A program made the position numbers and the translations under genes. Positions 45,600 through 59,630 of a stretch of 64,000 nt of DNA are shown here, piece after piece. Every line of letters begins with the position of its first letter. Positions within the stretch are counted from its first letter, which is position 1. The notes below the pieces were generated by a model. That model worked only from the letters and a program-made list of their open reading frames with translations. It was not told where the DNA came from and made no database searches. This DNA comes from Chrysomallon squamiferum (Eukaryota; Animalia; Mollusca), in contig CM022672.1 in NCBI GenBank assembly GCA_012295275.1, forward strand, positions 1,860,001-1,924,000. The letters run 5' to 3'.

Positions 45600-46657
45600 G
45601 CCCACACATACACAAATATACAAATACATTTTTACTAGATTTAATAACATATATAAATACCCATACACACATACATATGTACCTAAATTCATACACACAC
45701 ACTCACACATACACATACATATACACTCACACATATGCTCACACATACACATACACATACACATACACTCACACATACACATACACTCACACATACACAT
45801 ACACTCACGCATACACATACACTCACACATACACATACACATACACTCACACATACACATACACTCACACACACTCACACATACATACACATACACTCAC
45901 ACATACACATACACATACACTCACACATACACATACTCACACATACACTCACACATACACTCACATACACATACGCTCACACATACACATACACTCACAC
46001 ATACACATACATACACTCACACATACACATACATATGCACTCAGACATACTCTCACATCCACATACACATACATATACTCACACATACACATACACATTC
46101 ACATACACTCACACATACACATACATATACACTCACACATGCACATACACTCACATACACATACATATACACTCACACATACACATACACTCACATATAC
46201 ACATACGCTCACATACACATACACTCAAACATACACATACACTCACACACACACATAAACTCACACATACACATAGACATACTCACACATACACATACAC
46301 ATACACTCACACATACACCTACACATAAACACACATACACTCACACATACACTCACACATACACATACACATTCACATACACTCACACATACACATATAC
46401 ATACACACACATAACATCCACATCCACTCACACATACACATAAACATACACATACACTCACACACACATACACTCACTCACACATACACATACATTAACA
46501 TACACTCCTCACACATACACATACACACACATACATACACATACACTCACATACATACACATACTCACTCACATACACATACATACACATGACATACACA
46601 TACACTCACACACACATACACATACACTCACCTACACATACCACATACACATACACA
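45600..46657. repeat. ~1-kb CACATA/CACTCA compound microsatellite
   Basis: Directly visible; gives the His/Thr/Tyr/Ile pseudo-ORFs up to 284 aa. Confidence 0.95.
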
Positions 46658-48096
46658 GGCATGCTACTAAGTCCAGCAAAAGGAAGGATGCTATTAAAAA
46701 CAATAATAAAAATAATAATAATTCCACTGCCCATCAATCATAATAAAAATTCCTCACTATCGGGTTACAAGTTTGAAATGTTTGTACAAGATGAGACGGT
46801 TCTTGGCTGTGTGTAATTTGATTTGATTCACTTGATGATCTCAGTTCCTGCAACACAGTCAGATCTGTGCCTTCCGATACCTCACGCAGCCCGTGTTTCT
46901 TGCCCGCAACGAGACAAGACTGGCAGATGTGATGTTCACAATGCTTTTAAAATGATCACATTACTCTCACTGAACTGTGCATTATTGTTTTCAGTCAGTT
47001 TGTTGGCAAAATGGAAATTAACTGTGCCGTACAGCTTTTTTTTTTTTTCATGACGTTAATATTTCATATGTGCTGATGTAGATTTGTGGCTTAGTATTTG
47101 TTGATGTTATTTAATTGATTCATATTTGTATTAGTTTAATAATTGATTTTATATATATATATATATATATATATGTTATATCTATATTCATTTAATAATT
47201 ATTAATTTTATGTATTATATCATACTATGAAATACTATGTTATGCTGTGCAATTCTGTGCTGTGCAATGTAGATATGTAGTTACATTCACTTATTTGAGG
47301 TTATTAATTTAATGTAGATGTCTATTAACTTAATAATACTAATTTTTTAATTTACATTACCTTATTTAACAATAACTAATTTTTAAATATAAGATGTGTG
47401 TATATTTACAACATACTACTTCAGATTAATATTCTCTGCTTTCAGTAAAGTTTAAAAAATTATTTCTCCATTTTGAAATAAAAAGTTTCTTCAAATGACA
47501 CCAACTGTCATTATCTGTTCATCTCTGTTACAGAGATCATATCACATTATCATTATTATTTTCTTATATTTTTACTATGAGCAATACAATATTTAATTAA
47601 AAGCCTTCAGGTCAAAGTTTCTAATTTTTCATGAAGGCTTACAAACAAACAAATGAAAGAGACAAACAAGTCTTCTAAACAAAAGATAAGATTTCCAGTA
47701 TTCCAAAAACATAAGAACAAAAGACTTTAAGAGAAGATTTCTCTATCTCCATCATTTGTTCACAAATTATTTATACAGTAAATATGTAACAGAAGAATTA
47801 CTATTTTAAACCAAACATTTGACTAAATGTCTTTATCAAGGTAGGCTTAATGGTTATTTCTTTTTCATGTCTACAGCATCTGAATGTAAATATTCCTGTA
47901 AAGAAGAGACTGCAATGGTAATTTTTCTTTTGTCAAACATTTGCCACAACTGTTTATTAGAAAGAAACAAATGAAAGGCAGGATAAACATTTTCTTCATG
48001 AAAGACTCTGAGGCAGTTTTCAGCTTACAGCAGTTGTTTATAAGTCTTCTTTAAAGAAAAGTCTAAAGCATAAGCTTTGGCCTCAGGTATTTACAG

Positions 48097-48480
48097 AAAA
48101 ACTGCAATTTAAAATTTCCCAATATCTAACATCAGACCAGAGGTACATGCAAATAATTTAAAAAAAACTGCAATTTAAAATTTCCCAATATCTAACATCA
48201 GAAAACATGCAAATAATAAAAAAAAAAACTGCAATTTAAAATTTCCCAATATCAATCATTTGACCACGAGTATATACCCAAAAATAATTTAATACAAGAT
48301 TTTCCAGTTTCTGACATTGTATTTATAGAAAGAAAAGCATGTAATACAAACTTTCCCAATACTGTAACTGTAGACCACTAGTAACTACAAAGAAGAGCAA
48401 CTGCAAAAGAACATTTGCCAATATCCAGCATCAGGCCACATTTCTTCAACAATGAAAACAGCACAAAACAAGCTTTCCCT
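48097..48480. repeat. ~60-66-bp tandem repeat, 3 good copies followed by degenerate ones
   Basis: aaaactgcaatttaaaatttcccaatatc occurs three times. Confidence 0.8.
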
Positions 48481-49617
48481 ATCTCGACCATTTGTGATTA
48501 ATTCTTTCTCAAGGAAACCTCCGCGATTTCTTGGCTATTGTTTTCTTTCATCTAATGTTTAATACAAGACTAAGAGTTGAAATCCTTCTTAATGTGAATG
48601 GCAAGCAGGCATTGTCACAAATCAATTGTTTATCACAGCATCCAGTAATGGAAAAAAAAAGAAAGAAAGAAAACATCACTGCCTATGAGTTATTTATGAA
48701 AGAATGACATAAATAGATGTTAATTCAGAACTCACGTGGAATTATCCAGGTGTAATTAAGGTGTATTGAGCACAGATGAATGTAGCAGATGCTACATTGA
48801 CATGAATTAACAGTTCTTCATCTTTTGATGTGTCAATTGGTTGGTATGATAAGTCTTGTGAGAAAATTGGTGGGTGATAAATGGATGTAATAGAATATAC
48901 AAGGTTAATAAATCAAGATTTTTGATATGTGTTTATGTAATGGTTTCTTAGCTGAATTCCCTCTTTATTTATTTATTTATTTTATTATTATTATTATTAT
49001 TATTATTATGTGTTTTTTGAGAGATGTAAGTAATCATGATATATATATGGTTAAGAATAAATTCTTAATGAAAACACACACACACACACACAAACACGGA
49101 AACACATACATATATGGAAATGTATATTTTGATATAACTAATGTTGTCAGTGCATGGTATATGTCTGTTTGTGTATGTCTGTATATGTATGCCACACACA
49201 CAACGACTACATTTTTAAATGCCATTCTATTACAACTATCTTATTTTATTTCAACATAATCAAGAAATTAATTTTCAAAAAAGCAAATGAAATATCAATA
49301 TAATTAAAGAATATAAATAAAAAAGAATCTTTCAGAGCTAAAGAAAAGGCACAAAGCAATGCAATTCATGGATGATCAAAAGAAAAATGGAAACTCATGT
49401 TGTTATGACAACAGCCATGGTGACTCTTTATTCAAAACCTCTGATATTTTTTTTCAAAGCTTTCTGATACTTGAAAGATCACTGTTCTGTGAAACATGAA
49501 TATTTTCTTTTAGTTCACTGGACACAAAATGTGGATGGTCATTGTGAAAGTCTGATAAGTAAATCTGGACAGTAAATCTGTAAAAACATTGTTTTCATAG
49601 AAGAAGAAGAAGAAGAA

Positions 49618-49654
<37 letters not shown>

Positions 49655-50899
49655 GTGATGGTGATCATGATGATGATGATGATGATAAAGAAAAAAAAAT
49701 AATAAAAAGAATTAAAAGAAGATTAAGAAAAAGATTATAAAGAAGAAGAAAAATTTAATTATGTACCTATTAAGAGTTTAACTCTAGGATTTCATAGTGT
49801 CACAGATATGGTTAAGGATCATATTAAAAGGAAAAATTTCATTCATTTAAAGACCACAATTATTATAATTACAGTGATAGTGACAGTGAAAATATGATGG
49901 TGAAGACAACATCAACAATGACATCTTTTAATATTCTATTTTCTATCTCAAAAAACATGAGCCACACACACAACCAAATGCAATTACAGTGTTTATTTAA
50001 ACAACTGCTTTCAAGAAAGAAATTTCATGAATTAGGGTTTTCATTTGATAATACTTATTTTCTTCTGAATCTACATTATTATTATTATTATTATTATTAA
50101 ATCTTCTAAAAATATGATCTGTAACAAGTATAATATTAGATAAACTGTATGTGTACCACATTGCTAAACTGATTCCTACTTTTACACCAAGTTCTCTGAG
50201 TACAGATAGAAAACAACAAAATAAAAAGATGGAAAGTCTTCCCCATGGGTCTTTCATTACAAAACTGAATATAATGTTTTGCACAGCCTGTTCCCCAAAG
50301 GTAAACTGACCCCAGATCACACACACTGTTTCTGAGAGCCAAACAAAAAGCAGTTTGATATTAAAGAACTCAGTACCCTACAGTCCACTTGATGCTGCAA
50401 CACGTCACTCTCCAGTCTTTGAGCATGGAAAGGAATACCATCCTCTGGAGATCAGTTTGTTCTTTCAGCCAGGTCATACGGTACCAGACTGAAAGGAATA
50501 TAATGGTTTGGATATTTACCTCACCCCTCATAGGGAATTGATCCTGGTACACACCAGGCACTGGTCACTAAGTACCAGACATAATTCTATTTCTCTGCTG
50601 GTTAGCAGATTCTGCAGTGTTCCTCTGGGCAATATCGGTCATGCATTATTTTTCACATTTCAGATCCCCACTGGAAAAGTTTTATATGAAAAATGAAAAC
50701 AGACATCTTGCTGACAATGGTTGCAAGCCAGCAAACAAATGTCTGTTGTTATTAAATTGTGATGTTACCCCACAGTTCAAGGAAAAACCTGAATGGCATA
50801 AATAACAGCTGGACAGAATGAGTGTGTTATATTCTGTGACAGTTTGAGTTCTTTCTCTAATTTATATTTAATTATATAGGCTTGCTCTGGTTTGTGATC

Positions 50900-51110
50900 T
50901 AGGTACTTTCAGAATTTTAGACATTTTAAGAATATTACATATCTATGGTCAAGATACCTTTAGAATATTTCTTGTATAATCTAGATATTTTCAGAATATT
51001 ACACTTCTGATCTAGACACTTTTAGAAAATCACATACCTTGGTCTAGACATTTTCAGAATGTTAGACACTTGTGATCCGGGCACTTAGAATATTAGACAT
51101 TTTTTGAAAA
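50900..51110. repeat. Degenerate ~31-bp minisatellite
   Basis: Recurring tctagacattttcagaatatt-like units. Confidence 0.65.
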
Positions 51111-51409
51111 TTTGACAGTGTGATGCAGACTGAGAGATTTGTGATCTAGTGGGTTGGCAACTTTAAATAAAATCAAGAAATGAATCACATGGCTTTCTGC
51201 CTCGCACATGATCTTTGGCTTGTGAGTCAGCATGAATGTTCTGACTACCAGACTCATTAAGTCTGAAAGTATCATACTGGGGAACTGAGTTGAATGGCCG
51301 ATGTAGCTCAGCATAGCCTCACTGCAAATCTGCATTCTCACCTTCACAGGATAAAACTGATATCTTAAAACAGTATCCAGTTATCTCAGTTAAATAAAGA
51401 AATAAATAG

Positions 51410-51440
<31 letters not shown>

Positions 51441-51819
51441 TGTATGTATGTATGTATGTATGTACGTATGTGTGTGTGTAGGTAGGTAGGTAGGTAGTAG
51501 GTAGGTAGGTAAGTAGATAGGTAGGTATTTGATAATTCAGTATGGAAAAATGAACTGATTATATGAGAATTTAAAAGTATTTATTACAAAGAAAGTTTAA
51601 TACTGTTGAAATTACAGATATTTCTTAATTTGTATTTAATATTTTATTTTATTTATTTTATTTTATTTTTTTTGTTTTTTTTTTTTTTGTTGTTGTTTTG
51701 AGATAACTACCTGGCATTTTACAAAGAAAATAAAGATTTATTTTAAGAGAAATAGAAACCCAATGCTTCTAAACAAAGCAAGAGATATTTTCATGACAGC
51801 AAAATACTGTGTTTATCAT

Positions 51820-52410
51820 ATAGTATTATAGACCTAATGAATAAAACAGTAAGTATTTTTAATAATGACTGTAGCAAGTTATACTGTATTGTTAATAATG
51901 GCTGAAACAACCACCACAATGAGACTGATAATACTATAATTATATTGAAATAATTACTGAAACAATAAATACTGAATTAATTAATATTTCACTGTTACAT
52001 ATTGAAATAATCAGTATCATATTGGTAACATTGACTTGACCAATACTGAACTGTTGACAATGACTGAAACAGTCAATATTTTATTGTTAGTTACAAATGA
52101 AACAAACAGTAGTCTATTACAGATAATTACTGAAACAATACACAGTGAAATAATGATACTGTATTCTCAATAATGACTTAAAAAGCCAGTACTGTTAACA
52201 CTGACTCAAACAACCAACACTGTACTGTTAACGATAACTAAACCAGTATTGTTAATAACAATTAATACAACCAGTATGGTTAATATTGACTGAAACCAGA
52301 AACGCATTGGTAAGAATGAAACAACATGTTTATATCATTACCTGAACAACACGTTTTGTACTGTATTTTGTTATAACAACTGAAACAATCAACATTACAC
52401 TGTTAATAGT
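51820..52410. repeat. Degenerate ~30-bp minisatellite immediately downstream (minus sense) of the 52.4 kb donor
   Basis: Recurring actgaaacaa...tactgtattgttaataatga. Confidence 0.65.
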
Positions 52411-52426
52411 GACTAAAATGACTTAC

Positions 52427-52595
52427 GTTTTGGACAGAAGAAAAGAACGATCCAGTTGATGAGGCAACAGTTGTATTTGGCTTGAAGTCTCTCCCAGAAG
52501 TTCGAAGGAACCTTTTTTTCCCAAACATTCAGATCCTCGTTAGCAGATCCATTAAACTGGCACTGCTGTATGCCAGAACTTGCAAGAAGTGCCAT
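52427..52595 (-). CDS. Candidate alternative first coding exon (56 codons + 1 nt, phase 1): MALLASSGIQQCQFNGSANEDLNVWEKKVPSNFWERLQAKYNCCLINWIVLFFCPK
   Basis: ATG at 52595 in acaATGG context; in-frame TAA at 52625-52623 with no polypyrimidine acceptor in between; non-repetitive, GC-richer sequence; ends at AAC|GTAAGT (GT at 52426-52425). Overlaps ORF-track entry 52413..52607. Confidence 0.6.
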
Positions 52596-54169
52596 TGTTT
52601 GGTACACAACATATAGTTCTTGTTAAATTTCATATACCAATCCTAGAGTGTTTGTGATAGTTCCATCATAGACAGGTTGAAGAATTTGTTTATTAGTATT
52701 TTTTTGGGAAGACAGGTACAAATATATGGATTGATAAATCTGTATTAGTCTTTCTGTGTCATTTAAAAAAACAGTGTGGGAATAATTTAGGTCTTTAAAA
52801 AAATATGTCAGCTTATATTAGTCCAGTATGATTTCTGTCACAATTTGAAAAGAAATATGAGTAACTTTTTGTTAATAACACTTCTCTTGTGTTCAACAAC
52901 AAAAACTTTGATTTGAAAATCACTTCACTGCTTTCAGCCTGATGTGTGTCACAGCAAGGACTAAATTAGTTACTGCCATTCTGTTACTACCACTCTTTAA
53001 ACAGTTCTTTGAATTTACTCATACAATCTATTTCTGTCATGGATGCATCTATACCAAACTGAAACAAATACCAAGCAGATATTTCACTGAAGAAAATAAA
53101 AATTATTTTTAACTTTTTAAAGGAGGAAAGTTGAATGTATGTGGGTAAAAGAAACAGATTACTGTTTTCATTAAAACTGTTGTATAGGTTTTTTTCTATC
53201 AGGAAGTTATTTCCTCATTATTTAGTTTGATACACAGTATGAACACTGGAAGGGTTAAGAAATGTTTTATTATTGTATTTGGCAACACATATTAATTTAG
53301 TCCTTTTTCAAAAATTAATAATGAAAAAAAGGGCCCAATTTACTATATATGATATCTATCAGATTTTTGGTTTGTGTTTAGTTTAATTTATAAATAAAAA
53401 CATCTTTTTTATTATTAAGTATTAAAATGTTTTTTTTTTTTTTTTTAATTCCATTAATCTTACACTGACATAAAATATCTATTTACAACATACTTTTTTT
53501 GGTTTTGTTTTAGTACATTTGTTTCAATTTATAAATTAATGGATATGAAAAAAAAAAAAAGGCTTTTAGTGAATGATATTGTATACACTAACATATTCTA
53601 CTGGAAAACTTTTATGAATATCCACAAAGTTTAAATATCAGCTGCTGAGGGTATGAATAGTTTGTTTCTAAGCTGATACAGATAATGACTGACTATCTGA
53701 TGTTTAAACTGCTGCAGATTATTAAATAATGACTCCATCCATTAGCATCTGAGTGTCTAAATGACTTTTATTTTCAAACTCAAGAAAAGTGGGACAGATC
53801 TAGCATATACTTCAACACTTACCTTACATAGCAAATCCAACCGTTACCAATGAGAGATATTTCACAGGTTTTTCAAACTGATGGCAACTCCAGTTTCAGT
53901 AAATGAGTATAAATAATATTTTTGTTTCAATCTTGGCATCTTAACAGCGTATTACAAACAGATTCTTTCTCTGCTTTTTCAAACACTGTCTTTGCTTTAT
54001 TGGCCAATTGTTTTCTAGCTGTTTTGAAAACCTTGAACGTTTATTGATTATCTTTAATCCTTGCTGATGCAGCTACAACTGCAGATATTTCCAAAAATCC
54101 ACTGTCTGGATTTGAACCCAAAGTTTTTGACAGCTCAATCAAATTTCAATTGTTCGTATACAGAATATC

Positions 54170-54257
54170 TAATGTTCATTTTATTTTATTTTATTTTATT
54201 TTTGTCTTTTTATTATTATTATTATTTATTAATTATTATTATTATCTTATTTTATTT

Positions 54258-54308
<51 letters not shown>

Positions 54309-54525
54309 AATATTTTGTTGATGTCACTGTTGTTAAATTAAATATTAGTAAAACATTTTCCTGTGTTTTTAATTATCTTTGTTTTATTATTATTAATTAA
54401 TTATTATTATTATCTTATTTTATTTTATTTTATTTTATTTTATTTATTTGTTATATTATTTTTTTTTTTTTTTTGTTGATGCATTTGTTGTTAAAGTAAA
54501 TATTAGTAAAATATTTTCCTGTGTT
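54170..54525. repeat. ~160-bp tandem duplication with TTA/TTTTA microsatellites
   Basis: ttgttgatg...tgttgttaaa.taaatattagtaaaa.attttcctgtgtt at about 54315 and 54474. Confidence 0.75.
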
Positions 54526-55154
54526 AATTCTGATTTTAGATAGAACAGTCAGCTAGCATTCGGTCCTATAATGGCTAATAAATAAACAGAAGAAATTTCA
54601 TTGTTCACATAGTACAGATAGGTATTGTGTATTTCATGCACTACAAGGGTTCACAGTTAATAAACTTCCAGTGTTCATATTGCAGTCACCTAATAGTATT
54701 TGTCATTATTAAGTATAAATATAACTACATCCGTTAGTTATGTAGTTTTACTGCTAATGATTCTGTTGTGATATTAATTTTGTCTACAATGTTACTTCAT
54801 AACTTTGTTTTATTGAGACAATAGATCAAACAAAATTAAGGATATATGAAATTCAGTGGTAATAATAATAATAATAACAATAATAACAATAATAATAATG
54901 TTATTAATTATTATCATTACAATTCTTCTTTTTCTTACTATTTTTTTTTTTTTTTTTGTTGTTGTTGTAATTATTAAGTGAAGAATTTTAAAACATTTTT
55001 AAAAACTGAAATAACTCAAAACAATAAAATAACATGAAAAAAGGTAAAACAATTAATTTGATCTGAGACAGTAAAGACAAATAAAATATTTTTGTTATTT
55101 GAAAATTATTATGTTATTTTATCAAATATTGCTTTAAAATTAAATACATGCAGT

Positions 55155-56050
55155 AATAATCCTTAACACTTTACTGAAAAGAATAATCTTTAATTTTTAT
55201 CAGAAACAATAATCTTTAATTTTTATCAGAAACAATAATCCTTAAATCTTTATCAGAAACAATAATCCTTAATACTTTATCAGAAACAATAATCTTTAAT
55301 ACTTTATCAGAAATGATAATTCTTAAATCTTTATCAGAAACAATAATCCTTAAATCTTTATTAGAAACAGTAATCTTTAATACTTTATCAGAAATGATAA
55401 TTCTTAAATCTTTATCAGAAACAATAATTCTTAAAACTTTATCAGGACTAATCTGTAAATATAATCTATAAAAATCTTATCAAAGACTGAGATTCATTAA
55501 CACATTATCTAACAATGTAATCACTAAATACCTTAAATCTATTGATACTTAGTACATATCTGGAACAATAATCCACAAATCCATAAGAATGGATAAGCAC
55601 AACAATAATCCATGGAAATTATCTGAATTTATAATCCATAGGTACTTATTCGTAGCAATAATCTATGAATTCCTTATTAATGCCTATATGTAAGTACAAT
55701 CCATAAATACTTCAACATTCTTTAAAATAATTCATAGATTCCTTATAAATCCATAAATACTTCATCATAAATAATAGTCCATAAATAATTTTATCTTTAA
55801 CTATAATCCTTAAATATCTGTAATAGCAGTCTGTAAATATTTCCTCTGTAGGTGAAATTTATAAATATTTTATATACAAGTAAAACCCTTAAATGTCTTA
55901 TCTAAATATCTTACCTGTAAGAATAAATCATTAATATTTCTATCTAATCCAAAAAGACAGGTAACAATAATCCATTAATACCTGGAAGAATAATCCAAAA
56001 ATACCTGTATGAATAATCCATTAATACCTGTAGAGATAATCCATAAAAAA
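55155..56050. repeat. 27-bp minisatellite, homogeneous to about 55445 and degenerate afterwards
   Basis: Unit aataatccttaatactttatcagaaac. Confidence 0.85.
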
Positions 56051-58949
56051 AACCCACTAAAATGAACACAATTCGTAAGCAAACACAATTTTTTTTTTTT
56101 TTTTTTTTTTTTTACATCAACAAACTTCCATGTAGAAAAAAAGAACAAAAACCAATACACACGCACATCTTTCCAGTGAATAAAATATTCCTGAAAATCA
56201 TGAAACAAGAAGTGGTAAAGAAATTATTGTAACAACAATTGTCAAGTAAACCAGATTAACAGTTGATTCAGTGAAAACATGTCTAACAAATGACTGTGGG
56301 TCTTTATTTAACAATAATACAACACAGAAAGACACACAGAGAGAGAGAGCTATCTTTGGATGACTGTCAGATCACATGACCTGAAGGGAAAACATAAAAA
56401 AATAATAATAAAAAAAAAAAACCCAATGGGATGAATGAAGAAGACTGAGAGAGGCCTCTGGTAATCTGTAGTAAGAACTTTCACTGTGGACTTTAGTGGA
56501 AGAATGAGCAGAACTGAACTGTGTCTGGCCGGCAGTTACCAGTTGTAAATGTTAGGCAAGACAGTAAATACACAGGATTGACTGTAATATTAGGTGAGTG
56601 GGTTTGAAATATTGCAGGATCTGCGTTCATTTGAGGAAAAAAAATAAAAAAAATAAAAAAATAATAATAATAATAGTCAATACAAATGTATCAGATATGC
56701 TGTAAACTGTGTATAACTTTTCAATGAAGTTCTGTTTAAAACAGATGTATGTGAGAATGTGTATCTGAGTGTATAGGTGCTTATGTGTATACTTAGAAGT
56801 AAGTGCTGATTTCTGAAATATCACTATAATGTGTTTTTACAATTCGATTTTTTTTTTTTTTTTTTAAACGCACTCTTTCATATGTTAGATACATGAAACA
56901 TGCATTCATACAGTATCAAAATAAAGAACAAAAAGAAATTAATATTAATGTTTACACCTGCTGGAACAAAAGAAGGAAAAAATTAACATCCTGTCTAAGA
57001 TAGAGCAGGATGGAAAACAGAGTGGTCAAATGCAGGACTGTCCAGCCTAAAGCAGAACATCTGACCATCCTAATTTACATGTATGCAAAAATATATTTAT
57101 TATTGTAATGACACAATACAAAACATAACCCTGGGACTGTATCTAAATCAAAACATATAATTATTATTTCAGTAGTTTTACTAAACCAAATGTTTAAACA
57201 CAAGTGGAATAAAACCCCACACAGCTGAGTTTAAGTGACAATAACCTATATGCACTCACAGTAATAACAATTACAACAGATACTCGTGGAAATCAACAAA
57301 TAATTATTCATACACAACAATGTTTAGACTGGTAAATTCTATGAAGAATGTAAAATTACTTGAACACAAAAATCTGAAATGGAATGAAACACTCCCATCC
57401 TGGATCATCGATTAACAGGACCAGGAAGACAAAAGGTCCATGTTTACCCATTAGAAGGGTTAAAACTGTAAAAATGTTTGTGTATCAGAAAGTCATGTCA
57501 TCACTGGTCGGTTTTTAAGTGACTGCTTCAGACAAATTTACCACGATAACAGTAATATTAGTTCAATAGAATTTACTGTAGGAGTATAATAGCAGATATG
57601 GGAGCAAAAGCCACAGCACAGCAGTAGTAAAAGTGATAGTAATAGTAGTAATGGCAGTGCTAGTGGTGATTATGGTAATAGTAACAGCAGCAGTAGTCAT
57701 TGTAGTACTAGTAGTAGCTGTAGTAGTAAAAGTAGTAGTAATATTAGTTGTGGTAGTAATAATAACAGTAGTAGTTAATATTCACTACATCTTACATGGC
57801 ACAACAGTCATGTTGTAACCAAGACACAAATTTACTAAAATGTAGACAAAGACTGGCTGTGTGGTAGGTATGAAACTCAGATGGAGGCAAGTAATAACAA
57901 ATATGCAGTTAGTGCTATATGTTGTAAGTTAACCAGCTTCTTTAATGAAATCACACACGACATAAATAGATCAAAGATAATCCCAAGTATATCAGGTTGA
58001 TGTTGCCATAAAATGTTTCTTTTGTCTACGTATAACACACATATACATGCACGCACACATACATGCATGCACACATGCATGCACACACACATACACACAC
58101 ACACAGTTCAGATTACTTCCGATAACTGTAGTTATAAATTGAAATGGATGTTTTGTTCTTGATGTTTTTGTTTGTTAGTTGGTTATTGTTAATATTAATA
58201 ATAGTAGTAGTAGTAGTAGTAGTAGTAGTTGTAGTAGTAGTAGTAGTATTTTTATTATTAATTTCATGGTTATCATTAACAACATGATATAAATACTGTC
58301 AATACTTCTACAACAACTATTACAGACAAAAACAAGTTATAATGATGATGTCAATAATAACAATAATAATAATAATAATAAAATACTAATACTAATACTA
58401 CTAATAACAAGATAATAATAACTCAAATCACTCTTTCCATTCTTAACGCAATACCAATATACTATAGCTCTAGACATCATGTTTTAATCATTCATTCTTT
58501 TATTCAGTAACAGCTGAAATATCATCTTTTCAACACTGATAAAGATATATAATAATAAAAAAATAATAATGTTCAGTCATACATGAACTACAACAGACAA
58601 AAGCTATCAAAGCCATATACCATGCTGGTCACTTCTGCACGATGTGGCTTTATAAACACATGAAAATGTTGATCTGATCTGTCCTAATCTTTAAATCAAA
58701 GACAAATGGAACTGACTGTGAAAGAGCATATACTAAGACAAACATTTGGTGGCCTGAATCAACACAAAGGCCAATATACTCCATGTAACCCAAAACGGTA
58801 GAACTGGCTGGCAACAACCAACAAAGAAGTTTCTTCCAATATGGATTTCTACGATTATTTACCCATGTTAAGTCACCTAATCAAGCAAAATGAAAGATCT
58901 GGTCAAGTTTCATCAAGTGTGTGTGTGGGTTTGTTTTAGAAGAAAATTA

Positions 58950-59120
58950 ACAGTGAACATAAATAAATAAAGAACAATGATGAGAAGATAAATATACAAG
59001 GAAGATGAACAGCTAAATCAAGGATGAAGAGAAGATAAATAAACAAGGATGATAAAAAGATAAATAAACAAGGATGATGTAAGGATAGATAAAAAAGGAT
59101 GATGTAAAGATAAATAAACA
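58950..59120. repeat. ~25-bp purine-rich minisatellite
   Basis: aaacaaggatgat...aagataaat repeats. Confidence 0.7.
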
Positions 59121-59185
59121 AGAATTTTGAGAAAATAAGTAACTTTTTCCTTTAATTTCTTAAGAAGAATGAATCAATGCAAAAA

Positions 59186-59198
59186 CCATGTATGGACA

Positions 59199-59234
<36 letters not shown>

Positions 59235-59630
59235 TGGATACATGTATGTATGTATGTATGTATGTATGTATGTATGGATACATGTATGTATGTATGTATG
59301 GATACATGTATGTATGTATGAATGTATGTATGTATGGATACATGGATGTATGTATGTATGTATGGATACATGTATGTATGTTTGTATGTATGTATGTATG
59401 TATGTATGTATGGATACATGTATGTATGTATGAATGTATGTATGTATGTATGTATGTATGTATGTATGTATGTATGTATGTATGTATGTATGTATGTATG
59501 TATGTATGTATGTATGTATGTATGGATACATGTATGTATGTATGAATGTATGTATGTATGGATACATGTATGTATGTATGTATGTATGGATACATGTATG
59601 TATGTTTGTATGTATGTATGTATGTATGTG
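59186..59630. repeat. (TATG)n array punctuated by GGATACA
   Basis: Directly visible. Confidence 0.95.

Noticed and set aside
45589-46443. Longest ORF (284 aa, His/Thr/Ile-rich) and overlapping ORFs
   Set aside because: Pure CACATA/CACTCA microsatellite, open in several frames on both strands.
51335-51372. Minus-strand AAG|GTGAGA donor
   Set aside because: Lies in a dispersed repeat with a second copy at 5547-5584.
57633-57818. Val-rich, transmembrane-like ORF
   Set aside because: Translation of a degenerate (GTA)n trinucleotide repeat.
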